IMG/VR virus record: IMGVR_UViG_3300028603_000035 | Direction: 5' to 3' (one strand) | From: an uncultured virus (IMG/VR IMGVR_UViG_3300028603_000035) | Taxonomy: Duplodnaviria; Heunggongvirae; Uroviricota; Caudoviricetes; Crassvirales | Length of the DNA stretch: 64,000 nt | In this document: positions 17,284 to 27,300 of the stretch, piece by piece | How the letters are laid out: each line of letters opens with the position of its first letter | Numbering within the stretch: the stretch's first letter is position 1 | Position numbers and translations under genes: made by a program | The notes under the pieces: model-generated | Database searches by the model: none | What the model saw: only the letters and a program-made list of their open reading frames with translations | What the model was told of the DNA's origin: nothing

Positions 17284-17592
17284 ATGAAAACAAGTAAAAT
17301 ATTAAATCACTTTAAAGCAGACCTTGTAGAGACGCACCAACGTCTCTACGAACACCTGCTTGCTCACCCAAAAGGAATGTCTACCTATAAAGAAGACATC
17401 TTCTTCGCATCAGGACGTGTCAAAAGATTGGAATATTATATCTACGACAACACCATAGAAGACGTGAGAATACAAATAAGAAACCTTACGGATGAAGAAA
17501 TGGTAATAGGAGACGTAGAAGATGATATAAACATAATACAATTCTATCTGCAAGAAGCTATTAAATACATAAATAAAAAGAAAAAGAAATAA
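17284..17592 (+). CDS. hypothetical protein
   Basis: 102-aa ORF. Confidence 0.65.
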   Translation: MKTSKILNHFKADLVETHQRLYEHLLAHPKGMSTYKEDIFFASGRVKRLEYYIYDNTIEDVRIQIRNLTDEEMVIGDVEDDINIIQFYLQEAIKYINKKKKK

Positions 17593-17612
17593 TTTATGTT
17601 TTATTAATATGA

Positions 17613-17847
17613 CAGAGCGTAAAAACCACAGGTCGTTTTCGCCTGTGGGATGTAAGCGACAAAAACATTTGGTAGTTCAAATTAAAAGTTGTATGTTTGC
17701 ATTGTCAGTATAAGACATTAAAACCTCGTAAGGGACTTGCGAGTACACGTGTGGAGCGACAGTAAGACTTCTAACTCTTCGGAGCAGTAAGCAAGTTGCT
17801 GTGAAGCACGAAGCCCATTCATCACGAAGTGTGGATGGGTAGTTCAC
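17613..17847 (+). mobile_element. non-autonomous IS200/IS605-family mini-element (left end, promoter, omegaRNA/right end; tnpB deleted)
   Basis: Left-end hairpin CCACAGG-TCGTTTTCG-CCTGTGG followed by GATGTAAGCG. Right end GAAGCCCATTCA...TGGATGGGTAGTTCAC. The residual frame reads a TnpB-type C-terminal tail (GTCEYTCGATVR...VKHEAH). The exact left boundary is uncertain. Confidence 0.8.
17668..17699 (+). promoter_or_regulatory. Bacteroidetes sigma70 promoter
   Basis: TTTG (17668-17671), 20-nt spacer, TATGTTTG (17692-17699): exact -33/-7 consensus. Confidence 0.8.
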
Positions 17848-17863
17848 CAGCTATGGAACTAAA
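17705..17863 (+). ncRNA. TnpB-type omegaRNA (reRNA) scaffold plus ~16-nt guide
   Basis: Hairpins CTCGTAAG/CTTGCGAG, AGCGAC/GTTGCT, CTC-TTCG-GAG and GCCCATTCA/TGGATGGGT; pseudoknot GTGAA (17801-05)/TTCAC (17843-47); flank CAGCTATGGAACTAAA. Confidence 0.65.
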
Positions 17864-17983
17864 TATAGATTTTAAATCATCATTTAACTGACCTACTAAG
17901 ATATTTCTACGATACTTAGTAACTAAAATTAGATGACATTTTAAGTAATGTTTTGAACGATTTGTACTGATGTAGTGAGACAT
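17848..17983 (-). pseudogene. tnpA: IS200/IS605 Y1 transposase, 5' fragment (45 codons)
   Basis: MSHYISTNRSKHYLKCHLILVTKYRRNILVGQLNDDLKSIFSSIA carries the TnpA 'H.i.vtKYRr.il' motif and is cut exactly at the mini-element right end. Confidence 0.88.
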
Positions 17984-18028
17984 ATTGTAAAAGTTTTTTA
18001 CCCGAAGACGGAAACTTTTACAATATGT
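17980..18028. repeat. perfect 17-bp inverted repeat containing two divergent ATGs
   Basis: ACATATTGTAAAAGTTT / AAACTTTTACAATATGT. The left arm holds the tnpA start; the right arm holds ATG TTG, possibly the former tnpB start. Confidence 0.85.
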
Positions 18029-18101
18029 TGAACGGTATGGTATGACAAATTTACATAAAACAGCATTTTGGCATAAATTTTGATTCTTTAAAACAGTGGA
18101 T

Positions 18102-18809
18102 ATGGAAAAAATAATAGAAAAGATTATTAAATTTTTAAAAAAGAATGCTGTTATTATTATACTAACAGCAGTACTTATCATCACTGCATTACTTGCTATG
18201 CGACAATGTAGTCATAACAAACAAATAAATAAAATGCACGAAGCTATCAGCGACACCTTAAAGACATATAAGAATAAATACAACCAAGAGGTGGCACGTA
18301 TAGGCATTATACAAGCTGAAAGAAACAAAGACTTTCTAAAACTAAAATCCCAAGACTCTACTATCATAGCCTTGCAGGATTTAGTACGAGAATATAAAAA
18401 GAAAATAAAACAAGGAGGTACTGCTACTATAATAGAAGTCGAAACATTAGTACACGATACTACCCTCGTTTATTATACGGATAGTGCAATCTTCTTTTCA
18501 GACTATAATGAATGGTTAGAATTAAACGGAGAGATAAGAGACAACGTTCTTGACTATCATCTTATAGTTAATAATAAATTTAAAATGGTAACAGGAAAAG
18601 AGAAAGGAAAGCCTTTTACAGAGTTCATATCCGAAAACCCATACACGCATACCAATGTATTGCGAGTGTATCAGAATACGGGTAAGAAGAAACACTTTGT
18701 TCTTACTACAGGGTTAGGAGTGATTGGTGGTGCTGACTTATTTACAGGTAAGCCCGCTTTAACAGGAGGTGTATTCTTAGGATTAGGATGGAAGATATTA
18801 GATTTTTAA
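18102..18809 (+). CDS. membrane-anchored coiled-coil protein, putative spanin-like lysis accessory
   Basis: N-terminal TM ending LLAMRQC, coiled-coil middle, Gly-rich amphipathic beta C-terminus ending in F; function inferred. Confidence 0.5.
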   Translation: MEKIIEKIIKFLKKNAVIIILTAVLIITALLAMRQCSHNKQINKMHEAISDTLKTYKNKYNQEVARIGIIQAERNKDFLKLKSQDSTIIALQDLVREYKKKIKQGGTATIIEVETLVHDTTLVYYTDSAIFFSDYNEWLELNGEIRDNVLDYHLIVNNKFKMVTGKEKGKPFTEFISENPYTHTNVLRVYQNTGKKKHFVLTTGLGVIGGADLFTGKPALTGGVFLGLGWKILDF

Positions 18810-18854
18810 GGTTTTATTACAGTACTACTTTCAAATTTCCCGAAGGTAGTACAC

Positions 18855-18888
18855 AAAAAAGGAGGGCAAAAGCTCTCCTTTTTTTTTT
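18855..18888. terminator. bidirectional intrinsic terminator between convergent early and late units
   Basis: A-tract, GGAGGGC-AAAA-GCTCTCC stem-loop, T-tract. An extra hairpin GTACTACTTTC/GAAGGTAGTAC lies just upstream. Confidence 0.88.
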
Positions 18889-18925
18889 AGCTATAATATA
18901 GCTAATGAAAACTAATCACAAAAAT

Positions 18926-20656
18926 TTACGGTTGCTGTTCACAACTTCCTACGGTCTTTACGTATACATCTGAATATGTGTATTGCTGTATGTCGTTATC
19001 CCACACCCATGTACGGGTGTATTCGTTCAAACTACCATCTTCACATTTATAAATGATTTCTTCTAATTGTGGAGGGTCTCCGCATCTACCTACGGTCTTT
19101 ACGTATACATCTGAATATGTGTATTGCTGTATGTCGTTATCCCACACCCATGTACGGGTGTATTCGTTCAAACTACCATCTTCACATTTATAAATGATTT
19201 CTTCTAATTGTGGAGGTGTGCTTTCTGCACATTCTTCAGGGTCGGACATCTCAACAGGGTCTCCCTCGCTATCCATAACCCACTCCGTATCCCCAAAACA
19301 TTTCTCCCATACATTTACTTTTCTATACTTCTTACCTCCCTGACAGAAAAACAACACTTGATCGTAAGTCTCCCTACAGCCATTTAACACTGTAGATACA
19401 AGCGTATGCACATCTTTATAGGTGTTCTCTATAGCAGCATCAGGGTCTAATATATATGTTACCTCATAAGTAGTCTTATTACACCCATTACATAATTCAT
19501 ATGTGAAAGGTGTTACCGTAGGGGTGATGATAAGAGGTTCTTCCGACTCCTTAGTTAAAGAGAAGTTAAACTTACAATTCAAGAACTGTAAAGAGAAAGC
19601 CTTCTGATAGTAAGCATCCGTAATAGGAATAGTAACCGTGCCGTTATCGCTATCATAATCATAATTACCACTTGGCAACTCCACATTATTCAAGAACAAA
19701 CTCATATCCGTAGCATCAGGATACGGAGCTTCTCCATTCAAGCTGACAACCATATTCTCTCCTTGCTGTGTCATAGAAAAACTATACAAACAAGGAGTAC
19801 TTAACTTCTCATAAAACGAAGGACAGCCTGTCAACCTAACGTTATTATAGTTATGAGCATTCTTAATGATAAGTTGACCTTCCTCATATTTTATGTTGTC
19901 TCCGTCTATATCTACAAGCTCGCCGTCTAAGGCTATTTTCATGCGTTCTGACGATACTTCGGGAGAAATAGATATGATATATCTCCCATTAGATAAGTAT
20001 GCCCCAGAAGCCGTAGAATTGCATTCTTCTTTTATTCCTCCACCATTATAATAACAACCGTTATTCCATATCACCACGTCGTCGGGGTCGGTAACACAAC
20101 CCGGCTCTATATATATACCTCTACTGTCGTGAGTGAAACACGGTACTATACGCAACCAACCGTCCTGTCGTACATAAACAAGATACTTCTCGTAATTATA
20201 AACGTCGTTGCTGAAAAATCTATAACCCGTAAGTTCTTCTCCCGAATGAATAGGCATATAATAAAAGATAAGCTCACAGCGTAAGCCTTTATAACATTTG
20301 CTTTGCTTGCTGATAAAGTCTATCTTCTTGTCAAGCCCTTCAAAGATGTCTATACCATACCGACAATAAAGAGTGTCTCGTATACACACCAACTTATATT
20401 GAGCAAACACCTCCTCGTGTGTCCACCCCTCACCGTTGACTTCCCTTAACGATATATCCTTGCCTATGATACGTAAGTATTCCTCTAACCATAACATATC
20501 AGCAGCACGCTGTAATGACTTACATACCTTATTACGCATCACAACACCTGCAAAGACCTCCTCAACATTAAACTCATACTCGTTAAAGAAGTCTTCTGCC
20601 GATATATTTATCTTATCGTATAACGAATAGTCCTTCCATAATCCATATATCTTCAT
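18926..20656 (-). CDS. putative virion/tail-associated protein with duplicated C-terminal module
   Basis: 576 aa, Cys-rich and beta-rich; last gene of the structural operon. Confidence 0.6.
   Translation of the reverse strand: MKIYGLWKDYSLYDKINISAEDFFNEYEFNVEEVFAGVVMRNKVCKSLQRAADMLWLEEYLRIIGKDISLREVNGEGWTHEEVFAQYKLVCIRDTLYCRYGIDIFEGLDKKIDFISKQSKCYKGLRCELIFYYMPIHSGEELTGYRFFSNDVYNYEKYLVYVRQDGWLRIVPCFTHDSRGIYIEPGCVTDPDDVVIWNNGCYYNGGGIKEECNSTASGAYLSNGRYIISISPEVSSERMKIALDGELVDIDGDNIKYEEGQLIIKNAHNYNNVRLTGCPSFYEKLSTPCLYSFSMTQQGENMVVSLNGEAPYPDATDMSLFLNNVELPSGNYDYDSDNGTVTIPITDAYYQKAFSLQFLNCKFNFSLTKESEEPLIITPTVTPFTYELCNGCNKTTYEVTYILDPDAAIENTYKDVHTLVSTVLNGCRETYDQVLFFCQGGKKYRKVNVWEKCFGDTEWVMDSEGDPVEMSDPEECAESTPPQLEEIIYKCEDGSLNEYTRTWVWDNDIQQYTYSDVYVKTVGRCGDPPQLEEIIYKCEDGSLNEYTRTWVWDNDIQQYTYSDVYVKTVGSCEQQP
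18948..19216. repeat. 128-bp identical direct repeat (18948-19075, 19089-19216; period 141 bp)
   Basis: Both copies encode PPQLEEIIYKCEDG...VYVKTVG. Confidence 0.95.
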
Positions 20657-20665
20657 AATATATTA

Positions 20666-21277
20666 TTATTTACAATTAACACAAGGGTTACTTATAGGTA
20701 CTATCACTCTCTCTTTACAAGAGGTGCAAAACCTACTAATAGCATTTAGCTTCTCTACTAAATCTTTTATCCTTATCACTAACACATCTCTATCTTCATC
20801 GCCAAACTCCTCTACAGTCTTAGAGTAACGCTCTACATATTTAACAAGCTCATAATATATCATCATCATCTCTTGTAGCTTGATATTATAAGCCATTATG
20901 TCCGCCCCTTGCTTGTCGCAGTCGTGCCTTGTATTGATGCCTATAGTACCGCATAGCACCTCTTGTAGCAGTTGTTCCTTGCATTCCGTAATCCTACACA
21001 AGCATAACATAAGAGCATACATATAAACGTCGTCTTCTTCTTCCACTTTTTTATTAACCTCCAACATATATACGCCGTCGTCATCAGCGTGCAACTCTAC
21101 CGTTGTCGTATCACTACCTTCCTCTAATGTTATCTCATTATAATAATCAGGCTTACCTGTTACCACGCTATAAAACTTATAGCCATAACTTGCTTCTGCA
21201 CTTACAGTGGTATCTATCGTAAGAGACCAGCTATTGCAATTCTTTTCTTGTATTGTTACTTCTTCCATATCTATCAT
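20666..21277 (-). CDS. putative tail-hub-like structural protein
   Basis: Ig-like N-terminus (DDGVYML), helical Cys-rich C-terminus ending PCVNCK; inferred from architecture. Confidence 0.4.
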   Translation of the reverse strand: MIDMEEVTIQEKNCNSWSLTIDTTVSAEASYGYKFYSVVTGKPDYYNEITLEEGSDTTTVELHADDDGVYMLEVNKKVEEEDDVYMYALMLCLCRITECKEQLLQEVLCGTIGINTRHDCDKQGADIMAYNIKLQEMMMIYYELVKYVERYSKTVEEFGDEDRDVLVIRIKDLVEKLNAISRFCTSCKERVIVPISNPCVNCK

Positions 21278-21309
21278 ATTTTATTTATTGTTTTTAATTT
21301 CATTATCTA

Positions 21310-24300
21310 TTATCCTTCGTCGTCCTCTGTCATCATATCGTAGAGATTAGAGCCTGTCGTAGCCTCCATAACGGCACTCACGGTATTTGCTCCCGGTACA
21401 TAAGCAAGAGCTCTCCTTGCATTGAAGTTAAACCTACCTTTATAGTCTGTGAACACGGATGCTATCCCGTCAACAACAGGAAACGGATGCCATATCCTCT
21501 GTAATGCGTCGCTGTACATAAAAGCAAACAGACCTTCGGAAGCATAGTCGAAGTTCTTAAGTAACCTATACTCTTTAACAATACCATACTTATCGTCATC
21601 ATCCCATTCAGAGATGATAAGGAAGTTATATGCTATCTTCAACATCACCCCTAATCCTACCGTAGCAAACATCCTCTTGAGGTTATTACGTTGGAAGTCG
21701 CTCTGCACGTGATTCCACACCCTAAGGTCTCTACTACGCCACGCACGCTTGCCTATATTCGCCAACGTGGTAAGCATACCTTCACTGAAATAAACATCCT
21801 TATATACATTACCTGCATCGTCAACATTGTATTGGTAGATGCTATCGTGCTTCATACTCTTACCTACGAGACCTTTCATTGCCGACGGAAACCAAGAGAA
21901 GTATGTCATCGCCATACGCCCCACCACCGAGTTCTTGATGATGCTACTGCCAAGATTATCGTAATTACCCGCTACACGCTTATCACTATATTCTTTGATA
22001 GCATTGTATTCGCCCATAGTAAAAGGTCGTGTGAGGTGTTCTACGCCGTTGCTGTCAACCCTCAACGCCACACCCTCACTACGATGTATCTCTTTCATCT
22101 TATTCCAAAAAGCCTTCTGTGCGTCGGTCTGACTGCCGTCCTCATTAAACATACGTGGGTCTTTAGTATCATCATAGTTCTGTAGGTCCTTATCGTAACC
22201 TTTGATAGCACCGCTATCCATAAGACGTGATATTAGCGTCGATACCCTAAAATAAGAGTCGCTAGCCCACGTCATAAGCCCGGCAGTATAGCTCGTGAAC
22301 CAACTCTTGTTAGACACGCTGCCCGCATAGCCTGCCCTGTAGATGTCTTGTTCCGTCTGCCTGACGATACCGCTGTCCACAGCCAACATAAAGCTCTTAT
22401 TGATATTCCTCATAGTGTAACGTAAGGACTTGCCGAAACTCTTACCTGTGAAAGGGTCTTTAGCAAACTTCTCCGTCAACGACTTCAAAAGATTGATAGT
22501 AGATACGTTTATAGCTACGTTGATATTAGCGAACATCTGTCCTGCTACCATTCCTTTCGTTACCATAGTAGCGAACTCCCCTACCGACGTGTTACCTACA
22601 GGAATAAACTCTTTAATCTTATACGACGACCCTTTAATACACATCTCAATCATATTTCGTATTATATCCACCTGAGCTTTTAAGTTCTTATCGGCACTGT
22701 AAGCCTTGCCGAACTCTATCACTCTTGTAAACTCGTTGATGAAAGGCAGAGTCTCCTTCTCGTGGGTCATCTTACGCTCCATAACCAAATTGAAATAGTC
22801 AAAGACGCTCTCTAAGTTCTTATTTATATTCTGATTTAAGCTTTCACCGTTGCCCTCACGGAAGACCACCTCGCCTGTAACGTCGTCTCTGATAAGACCG
22901 AGATAGAAATTACGCTTGACGTGCATCTCATAGTTGTCGATAGCAGGCGATATGTTATCAGGGTCTCTCTGTACTTCGAGGTTAAGCTCGCTGGCAGCAA
23001 TCTGGTCTAAGAAGATGTTGGTGATGCTGTCTACGGCACGCTCGCTGTCGGCAGCGTAGAAGTTTAAGGTAGCCTCAGCATACTGTGTCCCCGTCAATCG
23101 TTGCTCTATCTTCCATTTCTTCAATGCCGACTTCATACCGTCGATATAGTTTTTTTGCATTATAGGTATCATCCCTCGCTTAAAGCCTCTCTTGTATAAC
23201 TTCTCACGCCATTCATCGTCAGTGAGCTTCCTAACCTCTTTATGCTCCCTACCTAAAGCGTCAGTGCGGTATTCCACCACGTCCTCGCTACCCGTCTTCT
23301 TCCACTGTTCGTGTTTCAACAACTTTATATAGACGTTCTCTACTTCTATAGCTATCTCCTTAGCCATATCAAGGTCTTGTTGTGTGAGCTTACCTTCGGC
23401 TATCATCTGCTGTGCTTGCCTGTAATTGATGCTGTCAAGGTCTTTATCGGTAGTCCATAGTATCATTCCGTTGAAAGCTCTCTTGCCGTCCTTAGTGATA
23501 TGCGAAGCAAAGAGGTCTTCAAAGAGATAGTACGAATTGGTAAAACGTTTCCTGCCGTCGCTCTTATGCTCTAAGAAGTATTCCCATATATGTTTCATCT
23601 CTTTCTTCTTCTCACGCACACGGTAGACAATTTTATTCTGTCCGTTGATGATATGCTGTCTTACAAACTGCACCTCCTCACTCTCTATGTCGAAGGTATT
23701 ATAATATCTGTTTACAGCGTGCAGGACGTCTTCTGTCGAATAGTTACTGACAAACCTTGCCGTCTCATCAAAGTGCTTGGAAATGTCTAAAAGAAGCCTT
23801 CTTTCGCTTATCTGATAGTCGGTCATACTCTCGGATGATATGTTGCTAAGCTCCTTCAACCGCCAACGAATAAGATTTAACTTCTGCTCTCGTGTGAGTG
23901 TGCCGTCAATGAGGTTATCATACGCTCCGTAGATGACCCTATCATAAACACCCTCTCCATACTTCTTCTTAGGATGAGCATAGTAGTCGGTGTAAAGACT
24001 TCCTAACAAATCCCAATAGTTAATGTCATTGATAAATAGTTTTTCCTCCGGCTTCTCGAATACCTTCTTTATATCTTCATTCTTGATAAGGCTATTAAAA
24101 CCTTCCACTTGATTTAACAGCACTATATTATGGTTCATACGTCGCATATCGACACGCTTGTTGGCAGTGGAACGGTCGTCTTCGCCGTAGTTTAGCTTGG
24201 TAACCGACACATCACGTACCTTAATGCCTTTATCTTTTAACATATTGGTCATCACCGTAAGCATAAGAGACCTCACGTCAAACTCCTCATTCTTAAGCTC

Positions 24301-27300
24301 TATGCCTAAGGCAGCAGCCTCTCTGTCTAACACACCAAGTCTAAAGGCTATGTTCTTACGCCCTACCAATGGGTCTACATTGCTAAAGCCCTTAGCAGTG
24401 AAGTCATAGATAGAGATTATCATCTCCTCGCCTACATACTCTACCGCTATGATAGGGTCAAAGCCTTCAAAGTCCTTCATAGAAGCAAAGGCATCGGCGA
24501 ACTTAGTCATATTCTTATCCATAATGCCGTTGGTATTCTTAATCATATCGGACAACAGGTAGTATCGTTTAGTCTTATCCACCTGTAATATCTTCGATAG
24601 GTTGACACAACTCTGAATAGAATACAAAGGCTTGTCGTATTCCGTCTTACCAAGATTATTCTGTAGCAATCCTACCAACGTAGTCTCGTCGGAAGTTCTA
24701 CCGTTGAACTCAACAATACTCTTTATGATATTTTGTTTAGCATTATGCATATTCATTGACAAAAAAGGAACTATATCCTTTCTTATAGTCTTCTTAATAT
24801 CCTCTTGGCTCATAGCCTTGAAGTCGTATATCCTATTGTTGTAAGCTATCTGACTGTTCTTACTCTTAAGGACAGCATCGTATATCATATCTGTAATCTC
24901 ATCGTCTGTCTTCCCCTGATATTTATCCGTCGACTCAGAGAAGCAGTTATACAAATCATGAATAGTATTGATAGATGAGGTAAACATACTGTTAAGTTGC
25001 GTGCCGTAGGTGTCGGCGACATCTTCGCTGGTCATATAACTTAATGCTTTACCCGTAGCTATAGCGTCCATAATAACATCTCCTAAATCTCTAATGGTCA
25101 TATTACCGTCTACACGTAGGTTCTTACCTCCGAAGATACGCTGTATTGACTTGCCTATGTTTCTGAATGCAGCTTTCACCGCTTCCCAAAAACGTCTAAA
25201 GATATTCTTCTGTTCTTGCGAAGCATTAAGTTGCAACATAAGTGCCTCCATAGCATCCGCATTCTCGATTTGCAGTGTGTTGCCTATCACCTCATAGAGC
25301 ATACTCTCATTGTCTATCTCTCCGTAGTGTTGTCTTATCATCTGCACTACAGGAGCATTATTATTAACCAACTCTTGAGCTTCACGCATAAGGCTATTGT
25401 AAGCGTCTATGTTGGTAGCTTTAAGTATGATAGTATATATATGTCCGAGTTCGTGCAGTGCCACGTCAGCACCTATCCTATCCATATTGATATAGAGAAC
25501 GCCGTTTTTAACGTGCGAGACAAAGCTTCCTCTGTTAAGGTATTCTATCCTTACGTTTGGGAATACCCTCGCCAAATGGTCTAAAAACAGCTCTAAATGG
25601 CGTTTTGAAGTGCGGTTGCTAATTCTGTTCTTAGCAGGTATGCGAGCCTCCAACTTTTTATCCTTCGTCGTCTTCGTAGCTTGTAGTATTACCTGCCCGC
25701 CTGTTTCAGGCTGTGTGATGTCATAAACAGTGCTACCAAGAAGCACCTTATCTCCCACCTTACGCTTAAGGAACTTGGCGATGCTCTCCTCAGCTTTCTT
25801 CTCAGCCTCCTTGACCTCATCGGCATTCATCTCCTCGAAAGCCTTTTCGGCAGCAGACAACTCTTGCGTCTCTTGAATATAGTTTACCTTCTGGTCTGCT
25901 TCCGTCAACAGTATATCTTCTTTCTTCATCGCCTTTGCCAACCACGCCTCGCTGATATATGCCATCGTATTATTGCCCTCTTTAAGTATAGGCGTAGCCC
26001 TGCCGTTGATACCGTACATATTGAAAACATAACCCCAAGGGTTGATATAGCTGTTTCTGTCAGCATCGAAGAATGCAGTGGCATTAGTAACGCCGTCGGC
26101 AACAGACATCGTGTATGCGGCTTCCTTGTCATCGGTAACAACCTCTACCGTATGACCCTCCACTATATTATATTTAGTATCTATTATTCCTTTAGCAGCA
26201 CCGCCACGCATAACTAAGTACCTATAAAAGCCTTCGTTGATATGTGAGTCATCAGCAGTGTTCTTAACCTCTTTATGGTTGACACTATCGATAATCTCAT
26301 TTATCATAGCATCTACATTTTTAGCTTTATGTACATCATAAATGTTATACTTAGGTGTAATAACGGATGATAAATCTAAGCTGTTACCATGATACCCTTG
26401 CTGTAACATATTCATACTCTCTACCACCCTCAACACCGTTTCTGCATTTTCAGCAGTGGTAGTATTGTTGCTATTGGAAGCATTTACTATCTGATAGTAA
26501 GCTGCCGATAGCTTTTTCTTCTCCGTGTTTGCAAGATACTTAAGGTTCGGAATACCGTAGATAACATTATTCTTAAAAGAAATAGGTCGTATAGACTGTA
26601 GGAAGTAGTTGTCTGGAAACAATTCTCGTATGTCCGCTATTATATCTTTTAGGTTATGAAGAAAATCAAACCGTTGTTCTGTTGTTAAATCATAAGTGAT
26701 ACCGCCAACGGTAACAACATTATTTACCATATTACCGGTGTATAGCTTGTCTACCTCTTTACGTAGTAAGACGAAATCACTTCTTTCGAGGTAACTCATT
26801 TTGTTTTCCATAGTAAACCTGTTGACCACAGCATCTATCAATTGTTCTGTCATAAACATATTGTTCTTGACAGAATACATCTGTAGTAACATTTGTATTT
26901 TAGACTGTAAGTATTTATCGTATTTCAACAACATCATATAATCAAAAACATCATAAAGTCTGTTATATTCCGACGTTTTAATATTATATCGTTGTTGTGC
27001 TTGTGATAAGTCTACCTTAGGCTCTAACCCTTTGTTTATATCGTCGATAGTACGTTTTAGGTTATCGGCTACAGTATTCTCTATCACTTTCTTGCCGTCG
27101 ACAGTCTTTGTGGTCTCTGTTATTCCTAATGTTTTAGCTATGTTAAAGATGACATTATACATCTGTTGCGGTTCGTGCTTGAAGTCTTCCAACTTCATTT
27201 TACTATAAGCACTGACAGCGTCTCCTATATCTATAGCCATTTTAATAACATTAGCTTCTTCTTTGGATATTGTTATTTCTTCTTTAGGTTCGTAGCGTCC

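Noticed and set aside
17822..18184. 120-aa minus-strand ORF as an intact gene
   Set aside because: It is a chance fusion of antisense sequence, the 45-codon tnpA fragment and the IS right end; it lacks the HUH motif and catalytic Tyr.
18948..19216. Diversity-generating retroelement TR/VR pair
   Set aside because: The copies are identical, tandem and in frame, with no adenine-specific mismatches and no reverse transcriptase in the window.
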